Assembly (NCBI RefSeq): GCF_009914755.1
Contig: NC_060927.1
Strand: one strand, 5' to 3'
Source of the DNA: the human T2T-CHM13v2.0 reference genome, Homo sapiens
DNA length: 64,000 nucleotides
Positions 13,251-25,410 of the stretch are shown here, piece by piece. The notes below the pieces were generated by a model. That model saw only the letters and a list, made by a program, of their open reading frames with translations. It did no database searches and had not been told where the DNA came from. Position 1 is the stretch's first letter. Every line of letters begins with the position of its first letter. The position numbers were made by a program, and so were the translations under genes.

Positions 13251-13520
13251 GCAACAATGTCTGGTATGATATGTGCTATAAGTAATTTATAAAGTATTGA
13301 GTGAGTGTGGCAGAAATTTTGTCTTGAGAAGATTAGAGAGGGTGGCTTTTAGTGATGTTAAACATTTTACTTCATTGCACATGAACAAAGACCTTTTCTT
13401 ACCATTCACATCTGATTCTCCTCATGCCTAACAGTTGGAACTGAAGATAAACTTTCCTCTCTGTGAGAGAAAACTGATTGAGTGTGCTGTGCTTCATCTT
13501 AATCATATGCATGAACTTTT

Positions 13521-13814
13521 CTTTTTGTTTTTGAGACAAGGTCTCATTTTGTCATCCAGGGTTGAGTACAATGGCATGATCATGGCTCATGCAGCTTTGA
13601 CCTCCCAGGCTCAATCGATCTTCCTGCCTCAGCCTTCAGAGTAGCTGGGACTACAGGCATGTGCCATCATGCCTGGCCAATTTTTGCATTTTTTTGTAGA
13701 GATGGGGTTTTGCCATATTGTCCATGCTGGTCTCGAACTCCTGGGCTCAAGCCATCCGCCCACCTCGGCCTCCCAGAGTGCTGGGATTATGGGCACGAGC
13801 CACTGTGCCTGGTC
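13521..13814 (-). mobile_element. AluJ with 17-bp TSD
   Basis: Full Alu; TSD catatgcatgaactttt (13504-13520) / catatacatgaactttt (13815-13831). Confidence 0.95.
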
Positions 13815-15093
13815 CATATACATGAACTTTTAACAGAAAATTTAAGAGACCCTAAGTGGAGAATATACTAATTCAAAATATCATGTTCTAGAGATGTAGA
13901 AAAAAACTATAACTGAAAAATGAATGAAAAAAATATTTAAATTTTAGGGGTAGAAGGTGGAAAGCCCAATTTGAAGAAAGCGATGTGCAAACCTGGGATC
14001 AGACAAGTGCAAGAGAAGACATTGAGTGTATCCTGAATTAGTTTAGCAAAATTAAAAGTTATTTAAAATAGATTTTAGGATGTTACTGTAATTATTGATT
14101 TCATAAGAATATATTATATTTGTCTTGCTCTACAGAGTTTTACCTTGCATGTTAATATCAAAATTTATTATAGCAAACTTTGTTCATAACATTTTATTGA
14201 AACAAGGTTTGAAAGTTTCTTTGTTCATTTTCCTGAGCTCAAGGACCTACAAGGTAGGACATATAATAAATGAATCCTGTCCTACTTATCACTAGGGATA
14301 GTTGTTTCCTCAAGATATGTTCTTAGTAATAATAATTACAATTAAAAGAATCTCTGCCCTATTAAGTGTGCTTCTGAGGGACACTTTTTTATTTTAAAGC
14401 ATAAAGCATTGTCCTATTCAGCAGAAGCCAAATCTAATACAGGTTGGTAAAATGTCCTGTATGCAGTTGTTTGGGATCTCTTTGTGTAGCATGTAATAAA
14501 TTACCAAAATGGAATAAAGATAGCTGAGAAATTAATACTAGCTTTTGCTAAACTAGGGACAAACTTTAAAATGATGAATTATATATACTAATTAATTGGT
14601 ACCCTTGCTTTTTAAAAATTCTGCAGTTGTAATCTATTGATTATTGGCTAAGTGTTATATAGAGATTAAGTCTTATTTCTCATCCTGCTATTTCCTACCT
14701 TTGCAACTTTCTTCTTGATGGAAAAGGGGCATCACTCCTAAATGAGATTTTTTAAAAATATTGAATCTTCAAATTTAAAGAGTAGAGCACAGGATTAAAG
14801 TGGAGAATTTTCGTAATCAGAGCTTTATTGAAAAGTTTAGTGTGTATAGGCATTGTAGATGTGTCTGTGGAATTTATGGACTCAGTTAAAAATTGTCACC
14901 TGATAAAAATGAAGTTAACTGTCTATTCAAATGATGAGATTTGCATCTACAGATATATTACTACCTAAAAGCCGAGGTTGCATATATTGCCGATGGACTC
15001 CTAGAATGAGTCAGGCATCTTTTAAATCTCAGTAAAATGATTGTTATCTTCCAGATACTATCTAAAATATCACCAATATAAGATTCCTCATCA

Positions 15094-15284
15094 ATCACTT
15101 CTCAACCTTTTGACTAAGATCAAGTGTAATATCTATCTTTATCAGTTTAATATCTGAGATCTCCTTTATCTGAGGACAATATATTTAATGGATTTTTGGA
15201 ACAGAGAGAAGGAATAGGAGCTTGTCCTGTCCACTCCATGCATTGACCTGGTATTGCAGGACCTCCAGAAACACCACCCCCTCC
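15094..15284 (+). pseudogene. Full-length U2 snRNA retropseudogene (RNU2-type; locus number unknown)
   Basis: Colinear with U2: atcacttctcaaccttttgactaagatcaagtgtaatatct...ggatttttgg...gacctggtattgcag.acctccag; CpGs decayed; branch-point pairing GTAGTA changed to GTAATA. Confidence 0.95.
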
Positions 15285-15489
15285 CCTCCCACACACATAA
15301 ATTCTCACCAATCTTGAGGGAATGTTAAAATAAGATGTGCTTTGATTGGCTGATATTAAGGCATATTAGAAATGAAAGAACTGTAAAGAAGTAATTTATC
15401 TTCAAATTGGGAAGGCACTTCTATCTAGTGGATCTAAACGGCAACTAGAAAATTATATTCTGTAGCATAAAACTAACTTAATACTTGAT

Positions 15490-15690
15490 ATTAGACTCAG
15501 GAGACATGCATTGGGTACCGTGTTGCCTCTTGTTAATCATCTGTCTTTGGAAACATTGCTGAACTCTGTTCTCTTTCCTCATCTTTGAAATTAGGTTAAT
15601 CACATGACAGGATAGTTGTGAGTAATAAATTAAATAACATCACCTATCCTAATGCCTGACACACAATAAATGCTTAATAAGTATTTATTG
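15490..15690 (+). mobile_element. MIR
   Basis: tttcctcatctttgaaattagg...tgcctgacacacaataaatgcttaataa (MIR core and 3' end). Confidence 0.6.
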
Positions 15691-17129
15691 GCATTGCCTC
15701 TTGCTAGAGTCTGGTTGGAATGATACATGAAACAACTGAGTTCCTTTGCCATGATACTTTAATACACATTCTTATCTGTTTCACCACAGTAGAGGAGTGC
15801 CACTTCATATCATAGGGGAACAGATACTTGTGTCAGCAGTTGCTAGATAACACTAGAAAGTCTGGGTGAAATAGTAAAAAATACAGAGATGAATAGTTTA
15901 AGAAAAGCTTCTTAACTGATTCTGGTATAATTCCCTTTAATTAAATAATTGGCTTAACATAATTACCATCTTTTCTGAAGTATATTGATGACGAGAAGGT
16001 GGCCTGTGAATGAAATGCACAATTTTTTGACTCCAGAATTATTAAAGTATAAATTGCTAAACTATAATTGTGGATTATAAACTGATCACTGATCATCTTC
16101 AGATGAGTGATTAAAGATTCAAACCTGTAGATCTGAACACCCACAGCATCAAGGTGAAGTTGCGGGGGAACTGATTATTCTCTCATACTTCTTTATCTAC
16201 ATTTCTGTCCAGAAATGGACTGTACTCTTCCCTTGTAAATCCTCGCTGTCTAATCAAGCAGCCATTTCAAGCCAGAGACAGTCTTGGGCACACTACACAG
16301 TTTTGACGACTAAGTGACAACCTATCAGTGGAACAAGAAGCCTTTTCTTGAAGGCTACTTACTGGTTTCGAGCATAAAAAGGGAAAAGTTCAATGAGAGA
16401 GAACGAACTCCTAACTATGTTGTTCTTCTTGGGTGCATTGTATATGCTGAAAAGTTAATGCTGTTTTTAAAGTTAATTCATGATAATTGAACCGAAGTGC
16501 TCTGAAAGTGCTGTTAGAGTCTATTTATGAACCCAGTGCCCTCTTTGTCAATTCAGTAAAAGCACCGTTCAGTAAAAGAAAGGAGAGAGAGATGGCTGCA
16601 TGGTGTGCACTTAGCCATATGTGCGTCCTTTCCCCGTAAAGTATCTGTTTTTCTAAGTGCTTTTTTTTCTTTTAATCTGTCTACCTCATTGAGTCAGCGG
16701 GGCTGCTAGTCCCATTATCACTCCACTTTGAGGACTGGGAAGGGCTGATAAATGTATTTTGGTCGTGATTTACCACAAATCACTTTTGTTGCTCTGAGGT
16801 GTAGGTCACTGTTGCAAGTATAGGTCAGCAAGAGGAGAGCACGTGGGACAAGTGAATTAAATAAATAAACTACCGTTTGGATGATCACACTGACAAATAT
16901 TTTTAAACAAATATAATAGACAGTCTTTGTTAGCGTGTGGAATATATTAATCGTTTCCATGAGTGCTGTTGGGAGTGTGTCTTTCATATGAAGCATCAGC
17001 AATTCCATTTTATAATGGCAAAAAGTTGGTAACACCTTTATCTTCAACAATAGCCGGTTAATAGAAATTGAATTATGCTTTATTAAAATGAGAAAATACT
17101 AAGACACTTAAATGGTGATGTAAAATAAT

Positions 17130-17400
17130 ATTTAATTACATGGAAAATGGTCTCTGATAAATTAAGTGGAAAAGGAGAATACAAGATCATATTATATATT
17201 TTGTTCTAAAAAAGTATTTATCTATATGGAAGAAGGATTACCAGGATATGCATATGATATTAACAGTAATTTTTTGGTGATGAGATTTTAAATTTTTCTT
17301 ATCTTTTTTGTTCTCTCTCTTTTTTTTTTTTTTTTTACTAAACATGAACTATAAGATATTGTAATAAAGTTTTAAGAAAATTGTTAAATAATTTTTTAAA
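17130..17400 (+). mobile_element. Old L1ME 3' fragment
   Basis: acatggaaaatggtctctgataaattaagtggaaaagg...tattaacagtaattttttggtgatgagattt. Confidence 0.4.
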
Positions 17401-17919
17401 AAGAGTATGTGCATGTCAAAGAAATCATGCTTGTGAATAAAAAGAAATTAGAAAGTATAAAAGGCTTATTTCAGTATTTCTAATTAATTACCCAACTATA
17501 CTATATTGTTCCTAAGAATTGAACCTTTTGGAATCCTCTGAAAGTAAAACCATATTAAAGAAAGAAACATGGAGTAACCATGAGCATGTAGTTTGAAAAA
17601 GATACAGAAATCTCAGCTATGGGTAAAGGCTTAAAAAAAAATTGAATCCATGATGGCCTCTCATTCTGAAAATGACATCAGGCAGTATTTATTTGAAGCT
17701 AATAAATGAGAGTGTATTATTGTATGTAAAACTGTGTTTTAAATTGTTTGTAATATAAAATGTTTATAATATAAAATATTTCATGTACCAACAGAAAATC
17801 GCAGAAACAAATGCAACATTAGCTTGTGGGAGGAATTTGAAAGGTCCAGATGCTAGAATTGGCTGAGGCTCTTTGCAGCACCATCCATATAAAAGTGGAT
17901 AGTCTGAGGGGTTTACACT

Positions 17920-18120
17920 AGTGATAATGGAAGGAACATGGAGTCAGAATGGCTTTCTATATACCTGTTGGCTTGTGTGATTTCTTTGGGCCTTGGTTTT
18001 TTAATCTTCAGATGGGAGAAAATAATACATACATATCAAAGTTGTTAAATAAAAAGCATATTTAAAGTGACTAGGAAAATGCTTGCCAAATAGCAGTGAT
18101 TCAGTGAATATTAGTTCTGT
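17920..18120 (+). mobile_element. MIR
   Basis: ggaaggaacatggagtcaga...ctttgggccttggttttttaatcttcagatggg...tcagtgaatattagtt. Confidence 0.5.
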
Positions 18121-18939
18121 ACTTGAATTTGGAGTCTCCCTTGGTGACTCAAATTTAATTACTAAAAAGGCTAATGGCTTCAAAAGTAGCCATTTAAGAA
18201 AGTGAATTCACAGCAGGGAGAAAAACTCACAGAACTCCATGAACAGGTCTTGGGATATTTTATTCAATTTAAAACCAAAGGTCTATGAAACAGTGAGTTT
18301 TCAAATTTCTATCATTTGTTTGGGTTCATATTTGACTTGGTAAGTTCACCAGTGCGGATTCCTTTAGCTAAAGAACAAGTTGGATTTTCATCATAGAAAC
18401 TTCATATTGAGTAGATTAACTTGATTGGCAGCCATTCTAAGGGAGAGATTCAGAAACAGAATAACAAGTCTGTGGCAATTTAAGACTAAACTACTGAATG
18501 AGGAAATTAGGATGGAATTTCGTCATGATGACATCTATTAGGCTTCCATAATCGTTATCTCAAGAAAAAAAAATCATACATCTTTTCAAGAGAATAATTG
18601 TTGTAGAGGAAAGGAAGTGCTAAAACAGTTTTATGAAATTACATTCTGAGGTGTTGTACAAAATAGTACTCTTTCTGAAATGTAATTTGCCTTTAAACTG
18701 TTCAGAAGAGTCTGAATGGTGATTGTTGCCTGAGTTTTTATCCAAAAGTTCAGTGATGGAGCAGCATCTGGGCTTAGTCCTATCTCTAGTGGCACATCCT
18801 GAGTGACTAAGACATAGATGTGAAAGCCTTTTCTGGGGTTACAGGGATCCAGTGGTTTCATTCAGCTTACAAAAGCAGAATCCTATTGGTTTCCAGTCTT
18901 ACTTCTTTGAGTCTGTTTTGTTTTTAAATCATTGCAGCC

Positions 18940-19217
<278 letters not shown>

Positions 19218-20014
19218 AAATCATTGCAGCCGAAATGTCCTTTTACCTGTTTCTAAGTCACAATAATTCTGAAATGATCATTTCACTAGCTACAACAGAA
19301 ATATTCTCCAAAGCTTTCAAGCTAAAACAAAGCAGTTCTGTGATTGTAAAAAAAAAAAAAAAAGCTTTAAACATCTGAATTTGGTCAGGGAAAAGAGCAC
19401 TCTGTAGTATCTTTTCAAGCTTGTAAGGCACATATAAATGAACGGTATTGGACATATGGAATTGTTCATTTTACGCAATACTTACTATCAGATGTTCTTA
19501 AATAACAGGATGAAGAACACATGCTTAATTAGCTCAATTGTCTATGGATAACTGTGTTGACGATCAACTTTTCTTTCAGTTTCCAGTTTAGGATGCCATA
19601 TAATGCTTGTACATTCTGCATTAATAAAATTATCTAGCACCACTAACATCCTGCCACAGTGCATCGAAATATTTCTACTCAGCAACACTATTATCACTTA
19701 AAGCTGCAGGCAGACCTTAAACTACGATTTTGTAGGCTATATTTTGTGGACATTATATTCTACAATTTTATTCAATCATGAACACATTTTCTCAATGCTT
19801 TTATTTGATGAAACATAGCATTTAATATTATACATAATAGCGTTAGTAATTCTTATGGTCATCTAGTTATTGAATGACTGTTTTAGGTGTCATGAAGTCA
19901 AATGCTTATGATGTCAAAAGTAGGAAGAGTGATAACTGTTTTGAAGTAGAAAATGTGCGCCTACCACTCAGCTCCCAAGGATGCTGTGCAGCAACAGGGG
20001 CCTAATGCGTGCAT

Positions 20015-21027
20015 GCATATTTGTTTCCCATTGCTGCTATGATAAATTTCCACAACTTTGATGGCTACACAAAACAAAACACCAGTTTATTATCTCATAG
20101 TTCTCAAAAGTGAGAAGTGTGAAATGGGTCTCAGTGAGCTGAAGCCAAGGTGTTGGCAGGGCCACATTCTTCCTGGAGGCTCTGAGGGAAAATCATTTCC
20201 TTACCTTGTACATCTTCTAGAGGCTGTCCACATTCCTTGGCTCTTGTACCCCTCCATCTTCTAAGTCAAACATGGTGTGTGAAGTCTTTGACCCTGCATC
20301 ACCTGACACTGATTCTTCTGCCTCCCCCTTCCACATGTAAAGGACCCTTGTGCTATTACATTGGGCCTACCTGAGTAATCCAGGATAACCTTGTTATTTT
20401 AAAGTCAGTTTATTAACAACCTTAATTTCTCTTTGCCATGTGTGTTAGCATTTTCTAAAGACACAGAACCAATAGGATCTGTATAAATCTATATCAGAAG
20501 AGATTTATTATAGGAATTCTCTTACTTGGTTATGGAGGCTGAGAGATTCTCTTGTTTGCAAGCTGGAGAACCAGTAAAGCCAGGGGTGTTATTCAGTCCA
20601 AATATGGAAGCCTCAGAATCAGGAGCTGATGGTGTAAATCCTGTCCCAAGTCTGAAAGCCCAAGAGGCAGGAGCACTGGTGCTCAAGGGAAAGAGAGAAT
20701 GGATGTCCCAGCTCAAAAAAAGAGAGTGAATATGCCTTTTCCACTTTTTTTGTTCTACTCAGGCCCTCAGTTTGTTAAATGATGCCCATCCACATTGGTG
20801 AAGGCGATCTTCTTTATTTAGGCCACTGATTAACTTACTATCTTCCAGGAGTACCCTCACAGACATACCTAGAAATAATGTTTTACCAGCTATCTAAGTA
20901 TCCCTTATCCCAGTCAAGTTGACACATACAATTTACCATAACACCATGTAACATACCATATTCACAGGTCCTAAAGAGTAGGATGTGGACATTTTAAGCA
21001 TTTAAGGCAATTATTCTGCCTATCACA
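20015..21027 (-). mobile_element. MLT1 (MLT1C/D-like) MaLR solo LTR, split by an MLT2 insertion
   Basis: ccaaggtgttggcagggcc..cttcctggaggctctgaggg...taatccaggataacctt; resumes at 20944 ccatgtaacataccatattcacaggt...ttattctgcctatcaca. Confidence 0.85.
20441..20943 (-). mobile_element. MLT2 (ERV-L) solo LTR nested in MLT1
   Basis: TG...CA ends, cagaaccaataggat, cccagtcaagttgacacata; perfect 5-bp TSD CCATG (20436-20440, 20944-20948). Confidence 0.88.
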
Positions 21028-21169
21028 GAATGCATTTCTATTTTTTGGAGAAGCTAGGATACCATATTTTAGGTGAAATCTCTGGATATTTAAATGTTTA
21101 TGAGATACGTAGCATCTCAGTGGATCTGTTTTGGCCCATAGGCTGCCTGTTTATAGCCACTGGTATACT

Positions 21170-21960
21170 GCATGCCTGACTCTATGCAGAGTGTTTGTGT
21201 CTTCTCACTCATGGTTTTTAAATCTAATTGAGGAAGTAAACATTTAAAAATATCCATAAAACAATATTTTAACAACACAGTATAAGAAACATGATAGGGG
21301 GCTTTGGGAATGATCCTTGTAGGGTGAAGCAAGACAGGTCCTAAAAAATATGATGGATTTGGATGAGCAAAATGGAATTTAAAAGACATGTAAAAGATGT
21401 GGTAGTTGGGTGAAACAAGACTCTCAGCAAAGATGGGAAAGACCCTTGAGACATCAAAAGTCTGGCCTTGCTGGGTTAAGAGGAATGAAATTGAGGATCA
21501 TTTATCTGATAAAATGAACCAAGTAATGTACAGTTTTCTATGCTTTCTTTAGAGTTTGGCTTTATTTCGCGAAGCAATAATTTTTTGTGGTAAGTTCTTG
21601 AGCCAGAGAAATAGTTGAATATAAGATAAGAATGTTTTTTAAAGAATTATCACAACAGAGATGAAAGCACAAAGGCCAGAAAGATGACTGTTTTGTTCTC
21701 CAGGTGTGCAATAATGAGAAAACTAGACTAGGGTTCTCAAGGTGGGTTGAAAAAAATCTGAAAAGACATTTCAAAGAAAGAATCAGCCAGACATGGTGAG
21801 TGACTGGCTGTGAGGAGTTAATGAGAAAAAAATAAATAATAAAAGTTCAGATATGGGTCTAGGAGCACAGAGGAATCATTGGTTGAGGTTTATAGATTTG
21901 GGTGATTAATGTCATTGAATTAAATTCATTTTTTTTTCCAAGAGAAAAGTATTTGAGGCC
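21170..21960 (-). mobile_element. Degraded L2 fragments
   Basis: Purine-rich L2-like stretches (aaaagacatttcaaagaaagaatcagccagacatggtgagtgactgg; agatttgggtgattaatgtcattg). Confidence 0.4.
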
Positions 21961-22429
21961 AAGAACCAAGCTTAATTTATCTTAAATAAAGAGATGCCTA
22001 CATTAGATCAATGGGAAAAAGGTAAGGGAATAAAAGGGGAAGGAAGAGTGGAAATACCTTAACACAGCGTTCCAACACCCAAAAGAAGGGGAAGTTTTAG
22101 GGTGGAAAAAGAAGGATTCTGTGATAACAAATACATGTTTTTGCAGTGTGAAAATTGCTTGACTGATATGGAAATAGAGAAGGATAAAGAAAAATTGTTA
22201 AAAAGAGTTTGTATTGGAATTTGAGGCAGAAGTGAAATGTTATTTAAGGGAAAAAGATGAATTTCATGATTTTGCAAGCTTGAAATCCTTAAAAGATAGA
22301 AATAAAGGCCAGTAGAATGATGAAAAGCAATGTTCCTGAAGATAGAGTGGAGTAGACTTCTTTGAAGGGTCTATCAGGTCACAGTTTCATCAATGAGATG
22401 TGCTCATTTTACTCAGTTGAGCCAGTGAA

Positions 22430-22860
22430 CCTCTTTTCTGCTTTATGACAATACTCTATTGACTACAGCAGATACTGACTGGCAGAATCTCTTTCCTAGA
22501 AATTTCTTATTGGGCCTGAGAAGTTTATTTATTTCTGTGGGTGACATAAAATGTAGCCGTATGTACTCAGGCTCTGAATGCACTGTGTGTATGCCCATCA
22601 CAGCAATTAGAATAGCGGAAAAAAGAAAAAGCAAGAGGGGCATAAAGAAATCAGGGACTGACGGACAGGAAAGGACAGAGAGAGGCAGATATTGCCCACA
22701 TTCCTGCTGGCTTTCCTGTTTCTGCTCTGAGCTTCTTCTAAGGTTTCTCCCTTCTACTAGATTTCTATCATTATCCCATCATCTTCCCTGTACATCTTCT
22801 TTGATTAAACAAGGTTGAAGTGATTCTCTTATTTTTAATCAAAAGAGTAATAAATAAGAC
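22430..22860 (+). mobile_element. Possible old ERVL LTR (LTR16/LTR33-like)
   Basis: 3' part ttaaacaaggttgaagtgattctcttatttttaatcaaaagag resembles the ERVL-type LTR end. Confidence 0.3.
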
Positions 22861-23044
22861 ACTAGGAAAAGTTAAATCCAGAACACTGGCTGACATTTCG
22901 AGGGCACCTCTTCCTCAAGTAAGAAGGCAGTGGAGAGGATTGGCACAATGAATGATCTGGAAAACCAGAAAACCCAAAGTGGTACTTTGGAAGGCTCGTG
23001 TTCTTCACCCTATGATTAGTGCAAGCCTCAGTGTAGAGAATGCC

Positions 23045-23235
23045 ACTTCTGAGAATCTCTCCTTAAACCACTACTCTGGCTGAAGTGCCCTTTCGATATG
23101 TTACTTCTAACATATTGCTGTGGATATTCCTATCACAGCACTTATTATACTATGTTTAAATTGTTGGTGAACTTATTTGGAGCAGACTCTAGACTTTAAG
23201 CTGTATAGAGTCAGGGATTATATATATTTGTTGAA
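23045..23235 (+). mobile_element. L2 3' fragment
   Basis: cctatcacagcacttattatactatg...ctagactttaagctgtatagagtcagggatta. Confidence 0.5.
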
Positions 23236-25029
23236 ATAATAATTCATATCTTCCCAGTGGAGACCAATACTTGTTCATTTTGCACAGTGCAAGCAAAGCC
23301 TCATTAAGTTAACACAGCTCTTCCCTGAAAAGTTTAGAGTAGAAATTTAGAGTTGATCCTTGCAATGTCATAAGAACATGCCTAAAGATTGTAAATATGT
23401 TGTTTAATCTGTTAGTTCAATGATGAAATGTTTAAAGATGTATTTAGGGATTTTGGGAAGTTGATGATTATGAAAAATAATTACTTTCAAAAGCTATCTA
23501 AAATGTTACTACATGATCATGTTAGGGTTCTAGATCTAAGTATAAATATGGAAGGCAAGGAAAAAGATGGAAGTTTCCTAATGAGTTATGATTGCTTTGG
23601 CAGAAATATTTTTAATAAGGAGTATAATGTACAGTTAGGGGAAAGTATGATAATAAAATCAAGGGAAGGAAAATAGCCATCCTATAAAATAGGTTGGGCA
23701 CTTGACTAGTCTACACTAGTAGTTTCTAGATCAAGAAGTTTTTCCAAGCGGGTCTCCAAGCCCATTGGTACAACAAGAGATATTCACTTCTTTTAATGGT
23801 CTCAAAGAAATAAGCATGTAGTTCTTCACAATAAGGCCGGAGGCTTTTGATAGTAAGAAGAATATGTAATAGTGATGTTACTATGGACATAGTTCAAGTC
23901 TACTATGACTTTTTTTGGATTAAACTGTAAAAGAAATGGCAAACTTAAACATTTTTCCAAGGCTTGTCCATGCACTAGGCACTATGCTACAGGCCTTAGA
24001 CAAATTTGCCATCTCATTAGAAGTAATTTTAGGAGAATTAAGCGTTTGAAAATAATTTTGAAGATGTAAAGTTTTTGATCCTTAAAATAAGAACACATTT
24101 ATTCATTTGTACTCATATCATGCTTTATCTTTAACCTACACAGAAAAGCAGCCAACGTGTAACAGGGAGGCCACCATGTCATTCAGGTCAATGTTGACAG
24201 GTGTCAGATTCTCAGTCCTTCTTGGTCTTCCTGCACACACTTGAGCTATCTCAATCAATTCTTTCTCCTCATTGAAACCCATTCCATCATCTTCTGAACA
24301 TATTGATCTTCAGTCATGCACATACTCATCATACTCTTCATGGTGTTTCTGCCTGCAGGCCTCTCCTTCTCATTATTTCTATATTGGTGACTCTGTCCTC
24401 ACAGCTGATACCAATCATGCTTCTTACAAGTACATTTCAAAGGCATGGATTCTCTAGTGTTTCACTCACAGGAAAATAACACTGGTTTCTCTCCTTTGTG
24501 CCTGCAGTATAGATTCACTTAGCTGATTTAATTTGACTGTTAGTCAAAATTAAAAAAAAAACTTTTATAAAATTTCATGCATTTTCAACCCCTCCCCACA
24601 TTCCCTTTTCACATTATACACAAGTGGAAAGAGAAGAGTTTCATATAAAGAACACACAGAACAATTGTACCACATAAAAAAGAAAGAATCAATATTAATC
24701 ATGACCTGCAGTCATACTACCTTTGGCTATGATCATCTCTGAGCTCCAGAGAGGGGCTCAGCTGGCTGCATTTTTTAAAGGAGGACCCTGTGGGAGAGCC
24801 AAGAGGTGATCAGAAACACTTCTGGGGATTCTGCTTGTGACACTTCATGCTGGCAGTTCTGCAACACAGGCTTTCTTGAGAGATTATGTATGCTTACTGG
24901 ATTGCTAGTAGAAATTCTCACAAGATTGTTCCTAGTCTATTGTGATCAGGGTAGATTGATTCTGCCTCACCTATTGGATAGATTCTTTAAAACATTGGGT
25001 CTAACTAGATTCAAGAAAAAATAATAGCA

Positions 25030-25410
25030 ACAACAACAGTTAAACCTGATTGAAATGTTATGATGCAGCTGCTATGCAGCCTGCTTCATCTCATTAAATC
25101 CTCAAAAATGTAAATTAGCTTCTGTCCACATATTACAGGTGAGGAAGTTGTGGCTTAGAAAATTAAGAATCATACTTCATCAATTTTGAGATGCACATTT
25201 TTCACATTTTAACATCTTTGAAATTGGACTGCTTCTTAATATTGATGTGTCTCATGAAGATAACTGGCAGTTTTGTTTGATTTTTCTGAGTGACAGAAAA
25301 AATATTAGTGTATCTTAAATTCAATGATGGTTTAGGTTTTACAAAATATGGTATCTTGTCCAAGGTCATCCAATTAGCATGTGGCAGAACTGACTGGAAA
25401 TCCCATGCTA
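25030..25410 (-). mobile_element. MIR interrupted by MER104
   Basis: tctcattaaatcctca...ttacaggtgaggaagttgtggcttaga..[insert]..cttgtccaaggtcat. Confidence 0.65.
25170..25351. mobile_element. MER104-like TcMar-Tc2 element
   Basis: tcatacttcatcaattttgagatgcacatttttcacattttaacatctttgaaattgg ... aaatatgg followed by ta. Confidence 0.6.

Noticed and set aside
16718-17050. 110-aa minus-strand ORF in unique sequence
   Set aside because: No recognisable domain or convincing splice signals; better explained as a chance ORF over a regulatory block.
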